From positions 380 to 64,379 of the forward strand of contig CACMKZ010000004.1 in assembly GCA_902614375.1 (NCBI GenBank): DNA of 64,000 bases. The letters run 5' to 3'. Each line of letters starts with the position of its first letter. The first letter of the stretch is position 1. The notes beneath the pieces are model-generated. The model was given only the letters and a program-made list of their open reading frames with translations, was not told where the DNA came from and did no database searches. Of the stretch, positions 1 to 11,343 are shown in pieces. The position numbers and the translations under genes are program-made. This DNA comes from an uncultured Alphaproteobacteria bacterium (GTDB lineage Bacteria > Pseudomonadota > Alphaproteobacteria > HIMB59 > GCA-002718135).

Positions 1-638
1 GGTCGTCTAAATGGATTAAACAAATCTTTTCCTTCTCCGGCATTCTGGTTAAAAACTTCTATTCCTTCTTTAGTTTCAATTGTCTGACCGAAAATTCCTG
101 AAGATAGACTTGTCGGTGTATTATAGTAAAACCAACTTGGCCCACTGACTCCTATGCTACCAATAATAGATCCATATGACGCAAATATCTTATCAGCCGT
201 AGTTGCAACCCAATATCCACCAGATGCTAAAATTTCTTTTGTAAAAAAATATACTTTAGTGTTTGTACTTTTCTTAAATTCATAAATCATTTGTTCTAAT
301 TCAGCAGTAGCGCTTACTGTTCCACCTGGAGAATTAATGTTTATAATTAAAACCTTGATTTGAAGTTCTTTTAATTCTTCTAAATAAGATTTTACCTGTG
401 AAGGATTGATATAATCGTAAAGATTATTTCCTAAAACATTACTGTTATTATTAAATATAGGTCCATTTAAATTAATATTAGCTATAATATTATTTGAGCT
501 AGGTATGCCATCAGTCATTACAAACTGTTTTTTTTCCAGCTCATTAGAAAAATAAAGTACAAAATTAATAATTATTAAAAAAATTAATAACGCACTCAAA
601 AAACCAAGAGTTCTAAAAAAAACACTGAAAAATACCAT
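1..638 (-). CDS. sppA: Signal peptide peptidase SppA (S49 family), partial; C-terminus lies outside the window
   Basis: The reverse-strand translation starts at ATG (complement of 636-638). It reads MVFFSVFFRTLGFLSALLIF... (TM helix), then ...VLIININSPGGTVSATAELEQMI...FTKEILASGGYWVATTADKIFASYGSIIGSIGV, typical of 36K-type SppA. It is missing from the ORF track because it runs off the edge. Confidence 0.75.
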   Translation of the reverse strand, partial: MVFFSVFFRTLGFLSALLIFLIIINFVLYFSNELEKKQFVMTDGIPSSNNIIANINLNGPIFNNNSNVLGNNLYDYINPSQVKSYLEELKELQIKVLIININSPGGTVSATAELEQMIYEFKKSTNTKVYFFTKEILASGGYWVATTADKIFASYGSIIGSIGVSGPSWFYYNTPTSLSSGIFGQTIETKEGIEVFNQNAGEGKDLFNPFRR

Positions 639-690
639 TTTTTTCAAAATATCATAACTTTGACTAATTCGAATTTTTTTTTGTTTTCTT

Positions 691-718
691 CTTGAATAGA
701 CTTCAATAATGCTTAAAT
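691..718 (+). promoter_or_regulatory. Sigma-32 (RpoH)-type heat-shock promoter candidate for groESL
   Basis: CTTG(691-694)-N17-CTTAAAT(712-718) matches the alphaproteobacterial RpoH consensus CTTG-N17-18-CYTATNT at all but one position. It lies directly upstream of CIRCE and groES. Confidence 0.4.
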
Positions 719-720
719 AA

Positions 721-747
721 CTAGCACTCTCATAATGAGAGTGCTAA
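721..747 (+). promoter_or_regulatory. CIRCE operator (HrcA-binding inverted repeat)
   Basis: CTAGCACTC-N9-GAGTGCTAA matches the consensus TTAGCACTC-N9-GAGTGCTAA at 17 of 18 positions. It lies 43 nt upstream of the groES ATG. Confidence 0.85.
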
Positions 748-789
748 TAAAAAATTATTTAATTTCAATTAGTTAACAAAAGAGGAAAT

Positions 790-1095
790 ATGAAATTTAG
801 ACCTTTACATGATAGAGTTTTAGTCAAAAGAGTAGACTCTGATCAAAAAACAGCAGGGGGAATAATTATCCCTGATACTGCCCAAGAAAAACCAATGGAA
901 GGTGAAGTATTAGAAGTTGGTTCTGGAGCAAGAGATGAAACAGGAAAACTAGTACCTTTGGATGTCAAAAAAGGTGATAAAATACTTTTTGGAAAATGGT
1001 CTGGTACTGAAGTAAAAATGAATGGTGACGACTTTCTGATAATGAAAGAGTCTGACATCATGGGAATTATAACTTCAGGTAAGAAAAAGAAATAG
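790..1095 (+). CDS. groES: Co-chaperonin GroES
   Basis: [14 protein letters not shown]...[19 protein letters not shown] is the canonical GroES sequence. An AGAGGA SD precedes the ATG. Confidence 0.98.
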   Translation: MKFRPLHDRVLVKRVDSDQKTAGGIIIPDTAQEKPMEGEVLEVGSGARDETGKLVPLDVKKGDKILFGKWSGTEVKMNGDDFLIMKESDIMGIITSGKKKK

Positions 1096-1098
1096 TAA

Positions 1099-2784
<1,686 letters not shown>

Positions 2785-2805
2785 TTATAAAATAAATTTT
2801 TAAAG

Positions 2806-2835
2806 AAAGGGGCAATTTATTTGCCCTTTTTTTTT
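2806..2835. terminator. Bidirectional intrinsic terminator between groEL and the convergent gpx gene
   Basis: The stem AAAGGGGCAA / TTGCCCTTTT has a 5-nt loop. A T-run follows on the + strand and an A-rich run precedes it, which gives a T-run on the - strand. Confidence 0.7.
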
Positions 2836-3370
2836 AGATTAAACGATCAATCTGATTAGTAATTTTCGAACTGTCTGGCTTTGTCATAGAAGACCAAGAT
2901 TTAATAAGATGTCCATTTCTATCAAATAAATATTTGTAAAAATTCCACTTAGGTTTTTCGTTATACTCCTCCTCAATCCATGCATAAATTGGATGAGCAT
3001 TGCTTCCTTTCACATTCATTGGTGAAGAAGTAACAAAACCTACCCCATAATTAACTAAACAAATTTGTTTAATATCCTCGGTGTCTAAGTACTCTTGATT
3101 GAAGGAATTGCTTGTTGTAGCTATTATTGTTAAATCACTATTTTTATAGTTCAAAAATAAATTTTGGAGATCAGCATACTGAGGAGTGAAACCACACCTA
3201 GAAGCCGTGTTCACTATTAAAATTGGCTTACCATCAAACTTATCTAAATTTACTTGATTGCCGTCTATATCTTCAAATGAAAAGTCGTATAAATTCACTG
3301 TTTCATTAGCTAATAATGTATTCTTTAGGTTAAGCATAATCAAAAAAACAAGTAAAAATTTAAATTTCAT
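2834..3370 (-). CDS. Glutathione peroxidase family protein with signal peptide
   Basis: VNTASRCGFTPQYADLQ is the GPx active-site motif (Cys form), and WNFYKYLFDRNG matches the GPx WNF.KFL signature. Confidence 0.85.
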   Translation of the reverse strand: MKFKFLLVFLIMLNLKNTLLANETVNLYDFSFEDIDGNQVNLDKFDGKPILIVNTASRCGFTPQYADLQNLFLNYKNSDLTIIATTSNSFNQEYLDTEDIKQICLVNYGVGFVTSSPMNVKGSNAHPIYAWIEEEYNEKPKWNFYKYLFDRNGHLIKSWSSMTKPDSSKITNQIDRLI

Positions 3371-3396
3371 GTTAGTGAGTAATAAATATATCGCTT

Positions 3397-4533
3397 ATGG
3401 AAACATTCAATAGCTTTACAGACCTTTTTTTTGATGTTTGGAATAACGGTGTTTTTGGCATAAATGCTACTGATATCATAGTAAGCCTTGTAATTTTCCT
3501 ACTTTTTTATTTACTCAGAAGGCTTATAGCTAGATTTATTCTTAATCGATTATCAAGAATCGTATCAAGGACATCTAATCAAATCGATGATGCTGTAATT
3601 GAAGTACTTGATGGACCATTAAAATTTCTACCTGTAGTTTTAGGTTTCTTTATAGCTTCTTCGTACTTGGATGTTTCTGATAATAATCAAGATTTTTTAG
3701 ATTTACTAAACAGATCTTTGATAACAATTTTTATATTCTGGCTACTGCATCAATTGATTATTCCATTTTCATTTGTAATAAAAAACTTTGAGTCAAAAAT
3801 TTCAAAACCTTTAGTTGATTGGACACTTAAAGGTTTAAAAATACTTGTTATTGTTCTTGGTGCTGTAGCAATTTTAGAATTATGGGGCATAAGAGTCGGG
3901 CCAGTAATTGCAGGATTAGGATTATTTGGTGTAGCGGTTGCATTGGGTGCTCAAGATTTATTTAAAAATTTAATTAGTGGCATTATGATCCTTATGGAAA
4001 AAAGATTTACAGTTGGGGATGTAATACTAGTTTCTGGTGAAGTTGAAGGAGTTGTTGAGCAAATTGGATTTAGGTCTACTCTTGTTAGAAGATTTGATTC
4101 AACACCAGTAATGGTGCCAAACTATAAATTTGCTGAACAGTCTGTTACTAATTATACCAGAAGACATCATAGACGCATAAGATGGTTAATTGGATTAGAA
4201 TACAGAACAACAATTGATCAATTAAAAAAAATTAGAGATGAGATAAATTCTTTAATTGAGAAAGATGATAACTTTGCAAAAAATCAAAATGCAGGTTTCT
4301 ATGTTCGAATAGATAGTTTTTCTGATAGTTCTATTGATATGTTAGTACAAACATTTACAGTTACGAATGATTGGGCTGAATTTTTGAAAATTAAAGAAAC
4401 TCTTGCTGTAAAAATAATTGAAATTGTTGAAAATAACGAAGCAGGTTTTGCATTTCCAAGCCAATCACTTTATGTTGAAAAATTATCTGACGAAAAAACT
4501 GAGATTTTTAATCCTCAATCTACTAAAAAATAA
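3397..4533 (+). CDS. Mechanosensitive ion channel, MscS family
   Basis: N-terminal TM helices are followed by GVAVALGAQDLFKNLISGIMILMEKRFTVGDVI, the MscS pore/beta-domain signature. Confidence 0.85.
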   Translation: METFNSFTDLFFDVWNNGVFGINATDIIVSLVIFLLFYLLRRLIARFILNRLSRIVSRTSNQIDDAVIEVLDGPLKFLPVVLGFFIASSYLDVSDNNQDFLDLLNRSLITIFIFWLLHQLIIPFSFVIKNFESKISKPLVDWTLKGLKILVIVLGAVAILELWGIRVGPVIAGLGLFGVAVALGAQDLFKNLISGIMILMEKRFTVGDVILVSGEVEGVVEQIGFRSTLVRRFDSTPVMVPNYKFAEQSVTNYTRRHHRRIRWLIGLEYRTTIDQLKKIRDEINSLIEKDDNFAKNQNAGFYVRIDSFSDSSIDMLVQTFTVTNDWAEFLKIKETLAVKIIEIVENNEAGFAFPSQSLYVEKLSDEKTEIFNPQSTKK

Positions 4534-5537
4534 TGAACGAAAGTAATCGTGTAATTTCTGGATCTCTTTTTATATTAGCTAGTATTGCTGTGGCATTTAT
4601 TTTAAATTTTTCTCAACCTATAATGGTTCCATTTGTTTTAGCACTGCTTTTAAGGATATTAATTGATCCAATAATTGATTTTCAGACTATAAATCTTCGC
4701 GTTCATAGATTTATTGCAGTTTTTATAAGTATTTGTTTAATTGTACTATTATTTTCAATTATTGTACCTTTTATTGTTTCTTCAGTCGCAACATTTTTAG
4801 AGTCTGCGGATGATTATAATCAAAAGGTAATAATTCTAATAGAGGCAGTCATAATACAGCTTCAACAATTTGAAATCGATATTGATAGAGAAACAATCAG
4901 AAACACAATTGCAGACTTACCCATTACTAATTGGGCTGCAACCATATTAAGTAATAGTGCGAATTTTATTTCTAAGTTTCTTCTAGTCGTAATCATCACC
5001 CTTTTTTTATTACTTGGCACTCCTCCTAAGAATACCTCTGATGAGTGGAACGATATTATTAGATTAGTAAAAAAATATATATTTACAAAATTTTTAACAT
5101 CAGCTTTTACAGGTATTGCAGCAGGATTAATTTATTGGCTATTAGGTTTAGAATTAGCTTTCATATTTGGAAGCTTGACATTTATTTTAAATTTTATTCC
5201 AGTTATTGGTTCTGTAATAGCTGTTTTACTTCCATTACCAATAGCTTTCCTTCAATATAGCGATCCAACAATAGTTGTACTAATTATAATTTTACCTACT
5301 ATTATTCATCAAATTGTCGGAAATTTTGTAGAACCAAAAATATTTGGTGAGAGTTTTGGATTACATCCAATTACGATTATATTATCATTAATTTTCTGGG
5401 GAATGATTTGGGGGTTCATTGGAGTTCTTCTTGCAGCACCTTTAACTGCAATTATCAGAATTTCATTTGAAAGATTTGAAACAACTAAGCAAATTGCTAG
5501 GTTACTGGAAGGTAAGATTCATATTAAAGAAAGTTAA
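4533..5537 (+). CDS. AI-2E family transporter (PerM/UPF0118)
   Basis: The protein is polytopic with FVEPKIFGESFGLHPITIILSLIFWGMIWGFIGVLLAAPLTA. The start overlaps the mscS stop (TAATG). Confidence 0.8.
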   Translation: MNESNRVISGSLFILASIAVAFILNFSQPIMVPFVLALLLRILIDPIIDFQTINLRVHRFIAVFISICLIVLLFSIIVPFIVSSVATFLESADDYNQKVIILIEAVIIQLQQFEIDIDRETIRNTIADLPITNWAATILSNSANFISKFLLVVIITLFLLLGTPPKNTSDEWNDIIRLVKKYIFTKFLTSAFTGIAAGLIYWLLGLELAFIFGSLTFILNFIPVIGSVIAVLLPLPIAFLQYSDPTIVVLIIILPTIIHQIVGNFVEPKIFGESFGLHPITIILSLIFWGMIWGFIGVLLAAPLTAIIRISFERFETTKQIARLLEGKIHIKES

Positions 5538-6019
5538 CCTAATATTTTTTTACATATATCATAACTAAAACCAGCTCTTGCCATTTTTGCTAATTTTTTT
5601 TCATAACTTTCATTTTTTTCTAACAATTTTTTTTTCTTTACAAATATTTTTGCTGACTGTAATTCCCAATCATCGTTATCTTTTTTCATTAAATTTAAAT
5701 TATTTTGAATTTGCAATTTATTCACGCCTTTTTTTATTAAGTAATTGAAAATAAAATTTTTAGATCTTCCAGAATTAGATAAAGAAAGAATTTTTGTGGA
5801 GCTATATCTATCATCATCAATAAATTTATTTTTTTCTAATTTTAAAATTATACTTTCAATAATATCTATGAGTTTTTTTTTCTCAAAATTTGTTACATTT
5901 AATCTTAAAACTTTTCTTTTAAGTACATTAACTAAATTATTCTTTGAGGAATCGTATTTGCTTAAGTAATCAACCGCGTATTTTAAGAGTTTTTGTTCGT
6001 CCACTAAATTAATATACAA
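5534..6019 (-). CDS. recX: RecX family regulatory protein
   Basis: The layout is a three-fold helical repeat. AVDYLSKYDSSKNNLVNVLKRKV, FIDDDRYSSTKILSLSNSGRSKNFIFNYLIKKGV and LAKMARAGFSYDI parallel the E. coli RecX repeats. Confidence 0.7.
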   Translation of the reverse strand: MYINLVDEQKLLKYAVDYLSKYDSSKNNLVNVLKRKVLRLNVTNFEKKKLIDIIESIILKLEKNKFIDDDRYSSTKILSLSNSGRSKNFIFNYLIKKGVNKLQIQNNLNLMKKDNDDWELQSAKIFVKKKKLLEKNESYEKKLAKMARAGFSYDICKKILG

Positions 6020-6052
6020 ATAATTTAAATATATTAAAAGAAAACTCCTAAT

Positions 6053-6823
6053 ATGATTGAGTATAATTATCTTTGTTTTCTTACATTAGTAAAAAAAGAA
6101 GTCTTTAGGTTCTTAAAAGTTGGAATACAAACTGTGATTGGTCCAGCTATTAGCTCTTTGTTATTTCTAGCTGTTTTTAGTCTTGCTTTAGGTAGATCAG
6201 TTAATTCAATAAATGGTATTGATCTTCCTTATTTTATTGCACCTGGTTTGATAATGATGACCATGCTTCAAAACTCTTTTGCTAATTCAGCATCAAGTAT
6301 TGGTCAATCAAAATTTCAAGGAAATATTGTAGACATATTAATGGCCCCATTAAATAATGTTGAGTTAGCATTTGGTTTTATTATCGGTTCTGTTTGTAGA
6401 GGAATTGTATGTGGTATAGTTACTACCTTTGGAGTTATGATATTTGTTCCTCTAGCTGTTCACTCTTACATTGCTTTATTATTTTTTACGTTAATGGGAT
6501 GCACAATGATGGGTACTTTGGGAACAATTGTTGGCATTTGGGCAGACAAATGGGATCAACAACAAGGTATAACTAATTTTATTGTTTTACCTCTTACTTT
6601 TTTATCAGGAACATTCTACTCAATTTCGAGACTTCCTGAATTTTGGCAGACAGTTTCCTCATTCAATCCATTCTTCTATAATATTGATGGTTTCAGATAT
6701 GCTTTTACAGGTATTTCTGATAGCTCATTAATTCAAGGATCAATCTTCTTAATAATTATTAATATTATATTAATTTTATTATGCTATTTTATGTTTCGCA
6801 AAGGATATAAAATTAAATTTTAA
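6053..6823 (+). CDS. ABC-2 type transporter permease (YadH-like)
   Basis: Similarity to E. coli YadH runs along the whole length by eye: KEVFRFLKVGIQT, FIAPGLIMMTMLQNSFANSASS, FQGNIVDILMAP, LPLTFLSGTFYSISRLPEFWQ..NPFFYNIDGFRY. Confidence 0.8.
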   Translation: MIEYNYLCFLTLVKKEVFRFLKVGIQTVIGPAISSLLFLAVFSLALGRSVNSINGIDLPYFIAPGLIMMTMLQNSFANSASSIGQSKFQGNIVDILMAPLNNVELAFGFIIGSVCRGIVCGIVTTFGVMIFVPLAVHSYIALLFFTLMGCTMMGTLGTIVGIWADKWDQQQGITNFIVLPLTFLSGTFYSISRLPEFWQTVSSFNPFFYNIDGFRYAFTGISDSSLIQGSIFLIIINIILILLCYFMFRKGYKIKF

Positions 6824-6825
6824 AT

Positions 6826-8004
6826 ATGGTTAGTAAACTTTTATCAAACGTGATGCCAACTTATGGGAACAAATCTCTTGAATTTGTAAAAGGCAAAGGA
6901 TGTTATTTATACTCTAGTAAAAATACAAAATATTTAGATTTTGCAAGTGGAATAGCTGTAAATTCTCTTGGTCATTGTCATCCTAAGCTTATAGAGGCAC
7001 TTAATAAGCAATCGAAACAACTTTGGCATGTTTCAAACTTATATAAAATTAAAAAACAGGAACAATTTGCAAAATTACTTTGTAAAAATTCTTTTGCAGA
7101 CAAAGTCTTTTTTACTAATTCAGGAGCTGAATCTATTGAATGTGGAATTAAAATAATCAGAGGATATCATTCATATTACAAGACTAACAAAACAGAGATT
7201 ATTACTTTTGATGGTGCTTTTCATGGAAGAACTTATGGAGCACTTTCTGCACAAAAAAACAAAAAATACTCTAATGGTTTTGGCCCTATGCTTAGAGGGT
7301 TTAAACAAATCGAATTTAATAATGAAAAAAAATTAATATCGGCAATAAACAAAAAAACAGCTGGTATTATTATCGAACCAATTCAAGGGGAAGGAGGTAT
7401 TCGTCCTGCCAATCTAAGTTTTTTAAAATTACTAAGAAAAATCTGTAACGAAAAGAAAATCTTACTTTTTTTTGATGAGGTTCAGTGTGGATTTGGAAGA
7501 TCAGGTAAATTATTTTCACATGAATGGGCAAAAATAAAACCTGATATTATGTCTGTCGCAAAAGGTATTGGATCGGGTTTTCCACTTGGTGCTTGTATGT
7601 CAACAAACAAAGCATGTGTTGCAATGACTAAAGGTAGTCATGGATCAACTTATGGTGGTAATCCGTTAGCCATGAGTGTAGGTTTAGAAGTCTTAAAAAT
7701 TATCTCTAGTAAAACATTTCTTAACAAAGTTGATAAAACAGCGAGATATTTCTGGAAAAATTTAAAAAAATTAGAGAATTCATCAAATATTATTTCAGAG
7801 GTTAGAGGTGCAGGACTTTTATTAGGAATTAAAACAAATATTAGCAATATAGATTTTTCTGAACAACTTAAAAAAAATAAATTACTAAATGTACCTGCTG
7901 CAGATAATACAGTAAGATTAGCCCCACCACTTATTGTATCTTATAAAGAGATTGATAAATCATTAACAATAATTAAAAAAAGTTTAAAAGAACTATCAAG
8001 ATGA
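6826..8004 (+). CDS. argD: Acetylornithine aminotransferase (class III PLP aminotransferase)
   Basis: FTNSGAESIE, DEVQCGFGRSGKLF and SVAKGIGSGFPLGA (PLP lysine) are present, and the gene is adjacent to argF. Confidence 0.88.
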   Translation: MVSKLLSNVMPTYGNKSLEFVKGKGCYLYSSKNTKYLDFASGIAVNSLGHCHPKLIEALNKQSKQLWHVSNLYKIKKQEQFAKLLCKNSFADKVFFTNSGAESIECGIKIIRGYHSYYKTNKTEIITFDGAFHGRTYGALSAQKNKKYSNGFGPMLRGFKQIEFNNEKKLISAINKKTAGIIIEPIQGEGGIRPANLSFLKLLRKICNEKKILLFFDEVQCGFGRSGKLFSHEWAKIKPDIMSVAKGIGSGFPLGACMSTNKACVAMTKGSHGSTYGGNPLAMSVGLEVLKIISSKTFLNKVDKTARYFWKNLKKLENSSNIISEVRGAGLLLGIKTNISNIDFSEQLKKNKLLNVPAADNTVRLAPPLIVSYKEIDKSLTIIKKSLKELSR

Positions 8005-8897
8005 AGCATTTTATTGATATCAATAGTTTTAAAAAAAAAGAAATTGATGAAATAATTTCTCTTGCTAAGAAAATCAAAAAAAACCCAAAAAAATATACTT
8101 CTTCTTGCAAAGATAAAACTCTCGGTTTAATTTTCGAAAAACAATCACTAAGAACCAGATTAAGCTTTAATGTAGGTATGCAAAAATTAGGAGGTTCTGT
8201 TTTAGAATTGAAAAGTAAAGATATTGGCTTTGATAATAAAAGAGAAAAAGCTGAAGATGTTCTTAATGTATTAAGTCAATATATTGATTGCATAATGATA
8301 AGAAATAATAATCACAAACAAATAGTAAATTTAAGCAAAGAAAATATTTTGCCGATTATAAATGGTTTAACTGAATATAGTCATCCATGCCAAATACTTG
8401 GTGATTTTTTAACTCTACAAGAGTATCTTAAAAGTATAAAAAATGTTAATATTGCTTGGATAGGTGATTATAATAATGTCTTACGCTCTCTTATTCATCT
8501 GCAAAATATTTATAATTTCAAACTAAATTTAATCATTCCAAAAGAAATTCTTAAAAATCATAAAAAAGAGTTTCAACAATATAAAAATAAAAATTTAAAC
8601 CATTTTTTTGATCCTATATTAGGTACAAAAAATTCAAATTGTATAATGACTGATGTTTGGGTTTCTATGGGTGAAAAAAATAAAAATAAAGAAAAATATT
8701 TCAAAAATTATACTGTAGATAAAAAAATTATTAGCAATGCTAAAAATAATGTAATATTTATGCACTGTTTACCTGCAAAAAGAGGACAAGAAGTGACCTC
8801 AGAAGTTCTTGATGGAAAAAATTCTGTTGTATTAATGCAAGCAAAAAATAGAATGTACGTTCAACAAGCTATATTAATTTATGTACTTAAAAAGTAG
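8001..8897 (+). CDS. argF: Ornithine carbamoyltransferase
   Basis: FEKQSLRTRLSF (carbamoyl-P site), HPCQILGD and HCLPAKRGQEV are present. Confidence 0.92.
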   Translation: MKHFIDINSFKKKEIDEIISLAKKIKKNPKKYTSSCKDKTLGLIFEKQSLRTRLSFNVGMQKLGGSVLELKSKDIGFDNKREKAEDVLNVLSQYIDCIMIRNNNHKQIVNLSKENILPIINGLTEYSHPCQILGDFLTLQEYLKSIKNVNIAWIGDYNNVLRSLIHLQNIYNFKLNLIIPKEILKNHKKEFQQYKNKNLNHFFDPILGTKNSNCIMTDVWVSMGEKNKNKEKYFKNYTVDKKIISNAKNNVIFMHCLPAKRGQEVTSEVLDGKNSVVLMQAKNRMYVQQAILIYVLKK

Positions 8898-9453
8898 TTT
8901 TACCTTAATTTTATTTTTGGTGTTATCATGTCAACCAGTTGAAATATTAAGACCAATTGAAATTGATACTTCAAATCTTGATACTATTTCAATTTATTCA
9001 AAAAATATTGAAATTAATAAAAAATATAATTCTGTTTTTTCTCAAAATAATATTGAAGAACAAATCCAAAAATCACCGATTGATGTAATTGTGGAATGGC
9101 ATAACAAAAACATATTAATAATTGGAAATGAAAATAAATTAGTTATTAATATTTTAGATGCATCTATTACAAAAAATGAAATTGAGAATGTTGATGCAAA
9201 AAAGTATGAAGAAAAAACTATATATAAATATGAATTATTTTTTTTAGTTGAATATGAACTCTACGATGACAGTGGTTTTTTAAAGGCAAATACCACTGTT
9301 CAAACTTCTAGATCTACAACATCTCAAAAATATATTTCATTAAATGAAGTTGAAATAATTATTAATGAATTATTATTAACAACAATGAAAGATTATATTA
9401 ACGAAACAAAAAACCAATTATCTATTTATATGGGAGATTATCTAAGTATTTAA
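8881..9453 (+). CDS. Hypothetical lipoprotein
   Basis: The N-terminus has a signal peptide with a lipobox (LVLSC). I recognise no other family. The start lies 17 nt inside the argF 3' end. Confidence 0.5.
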   Translation: MYLKSSFTLILFLVLSCQPVEILRPIEIDTSNLDTISIYSKNIEINKKYNSVFSQNNIEEQIQKSPIDVIVEWHNKNILIIGNENKLVINILDASITKNEIENVDAKKYEEKTIYKYELFFLVEYELYDDSGFLKANTTVQTSRSTTSQKYISLNEVEIIINELLLTTMKDYINETKNQLSIYMGDYLSI

Positions 9454-10898
9454 GCTCTCCAAAAATTAATAGATAATAAAACTAGTACTGTAAAAATTTC
9501 TAGTCTTCCGATAATCATTGTTAGAGACAATATCCATTTAGCTCCATTATCTAATAAAAAATAATTTCCACTAGGCCCTATCATTTCGCCTAAACCAGGG
9601 CCAACATTTGAAATTGCAGAAGCAGCAGCTGAAAAGGCAGTTAAAAAATCTAAATTGAATAAGCTTAAACTTACTGCTGATAAAATAAATAAAAATATAT
9701 ACATAAAGAAAAAGCCCATAATGGAGTTATAAGTGTTTTCATTAACTGATTTCCCATTAAATCTCATCATCAATACTGCATGAGGTTGAGTCAGTTTCCT
9801 TATTTGGGTAATTGCTCCTCTAAAAAGTATTTGCAATCTAAATATTTTAATTCCTCCTGTGGTTGATCCTGCACACCCACCAATAAACATAATTATCATC
9901 ATTATTACAATGCCAAAACTTCCCCAATTAGAAAAGTTACTACTAGTATAGCCGGTGCCAGTTAAAATTGATGTAATATTAAATATAGCAATTCTAAAAG
10001 CAGAAATTGCATCTATAGATTGATTAGTAATTAGCCAAATTGTCGTTAATAAAATAATTATAAATAAAATTAGAAAGAATAATTTTATTTGATCATCTTT
10101 AAAAATAAATTTTTTTTGATTATGTAAAAATTGCAAATACAAGACAAATGGTAAACTTCCTACCAACATAAAAATAATACTTATACTTTCAATTTTAAAT
10201 GAATTAAAATATGAAAATGATTCATCATAATTAGAAAATCCACCAGTTGAGATAGTAGTCATTGCATGAATAATTGAATCAAAACCTTGCATTCCATTTA
10301 CAAAATACAAAAAGGCACAAATAATTGACAATGATACGTAAAGTAGAAATAATTCAATTACAAATCGATTAACTTTAGGAATTGTTTTTTCATAAGGATC
10401 ATCATGTTCCATGTGTAGGAGTTGCATTCCTCCAATTTGTAACGTTGGCAAAATAGCCATTGCAAGAACAATTATTCCTATACCACCAAACCATTGGAGA
10501 AGAGATCTCCAAATTAATATACCCTCTGATAAGTTTTCTAAATTATTAATTACAGTTGCACCAGTTGTAGTAATTCCACTTACTGACTCAAAAAAAGCAT
10601 CTGTATATGAAAGGGAAGATGATGAATACACAAATGGAATTGCACCAAAAAGAGATATTACTAACCAAGATGAAATTGTTAACAAAAATGCTTGCCTTAT
10701 TCCAAGCTTAATATCTTTTTTTCTAAATGAAAAATATAAAATTATACCAATAAAAAATGTTATTAAGCTTGAGTAAAAAAATTGTAACCAATCATAATTA
10801 CCATAATAAAGATCAAAGAACATTGGTATCAGCATTGCTACTGCTTCAATACATATCAGCATTCCAATTATGTTTAATATCGACCTGAAGTCTCTCAT
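9450..10898 (-). CDS. trkH: Potassium uptake protein TrkH
   Basis: This is a polytopic membrane protein with repeated selectivity-filter-like TTTGATV, STGGFS, LTGTGYT and SNVGPG motifs. Confidence 0.9.
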   Translation of the reverse strand: MRDFRSILNIIGMLICIEAVAMLIPMFFDLYYGNYDWLQFFYSSLITFFIGIILYFSFRKKDIKLGIRQAFLLTISSWLVISLFGAIPFVYSSSSLSYTDAFFESVSGITTTGATVINNLENLSEGILIWRSLLQWFGGIGIIVLAMAILPTLQIGGMQLLHMEHDDPYEKTIPKVNRFVIELFLLYVSLSIICAFLYFVNGMQGFDSIIHAMTTISTGGFSNYDESFSYFNSFKIESISIIFMLVGSLPFVLYLQFLHNQKKFIFKDDQIKLFFLILFIIILLTTIWLITNQSIDAISAFRIAIFNITSILTGTGYTSSNFSNWGSFGIVIMMIIMFIGGCAGSTTGGIKIFRLQILFRGAITQIRKLTQPHAVLMMRFNGKSVNENTYNSIMGFFFMYIFLFILSAVSLSLFNLDFLTAFSAAASAISNVGPGLGEMIGPSGNYFLLDNGAKWILSLTMIIGRLEIFTVLVLLSINFWRA

Positions 10899-10910
10899 TG
10901 TATTTGTGAA

Positions 10911-11303
10911 TTAATTTAATTTATTATTTTCAAATGGTGTATCTAATGAAAACTGAGGTATTTGAACATCAAAAGAATTTCCATCATCGCCTTGCATCTC
11001 ATAACTTCCTTCCATGAAACCTGAAGAAGTAGTTAAAGGTGTGCCACTAGTATACTCAAACTTTTCACCTGGATTTAATATAGGTTGTTCGCCTACAACA
11101 CCTTTACCTCGTACTTCTTGAAGAGTACCATTAGCATCAATAATCTTCCAATGTCTGTTTACAAGTTGTACTTTTTCATTACCTTGGTTATCAATTGTAA
11201 CCTTATACGCCCATACATAATGCTGATCTTCAGGCTCAGATTGGTCTTCAAGATAATAAGGCTTAACAGTAATATTTATTTTTTTTGTAGTTTTGGAATA
11301 CAT
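10911..11303 (-). CDS. apaG: ApaG (DUF525) protein
   Basis: YVWAYKVTIDN.G...VQLVNRHWKIIDANG...VRGKGVVGEQPILNPGE.FEYTSG is the canonical ApaG sequence. Confidence 0.9.
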   Translation of the reverse strand: MYSKTTKKINITVKPYYLEDQSEPEDQHYVWAYKVTIDNQGNEKVQLVNRHWKIIDANGTLQEVRGKGVVGEQPILNPGEKFEYTSGTPLTTSSGFMEGSYEMQGDDGNSFDVQIPQFSLDTPFENNKLN

Positions 11304-11343
11304 TGAAAGAAGCTCAATATACCAAAATATTTATAAACAAAAG

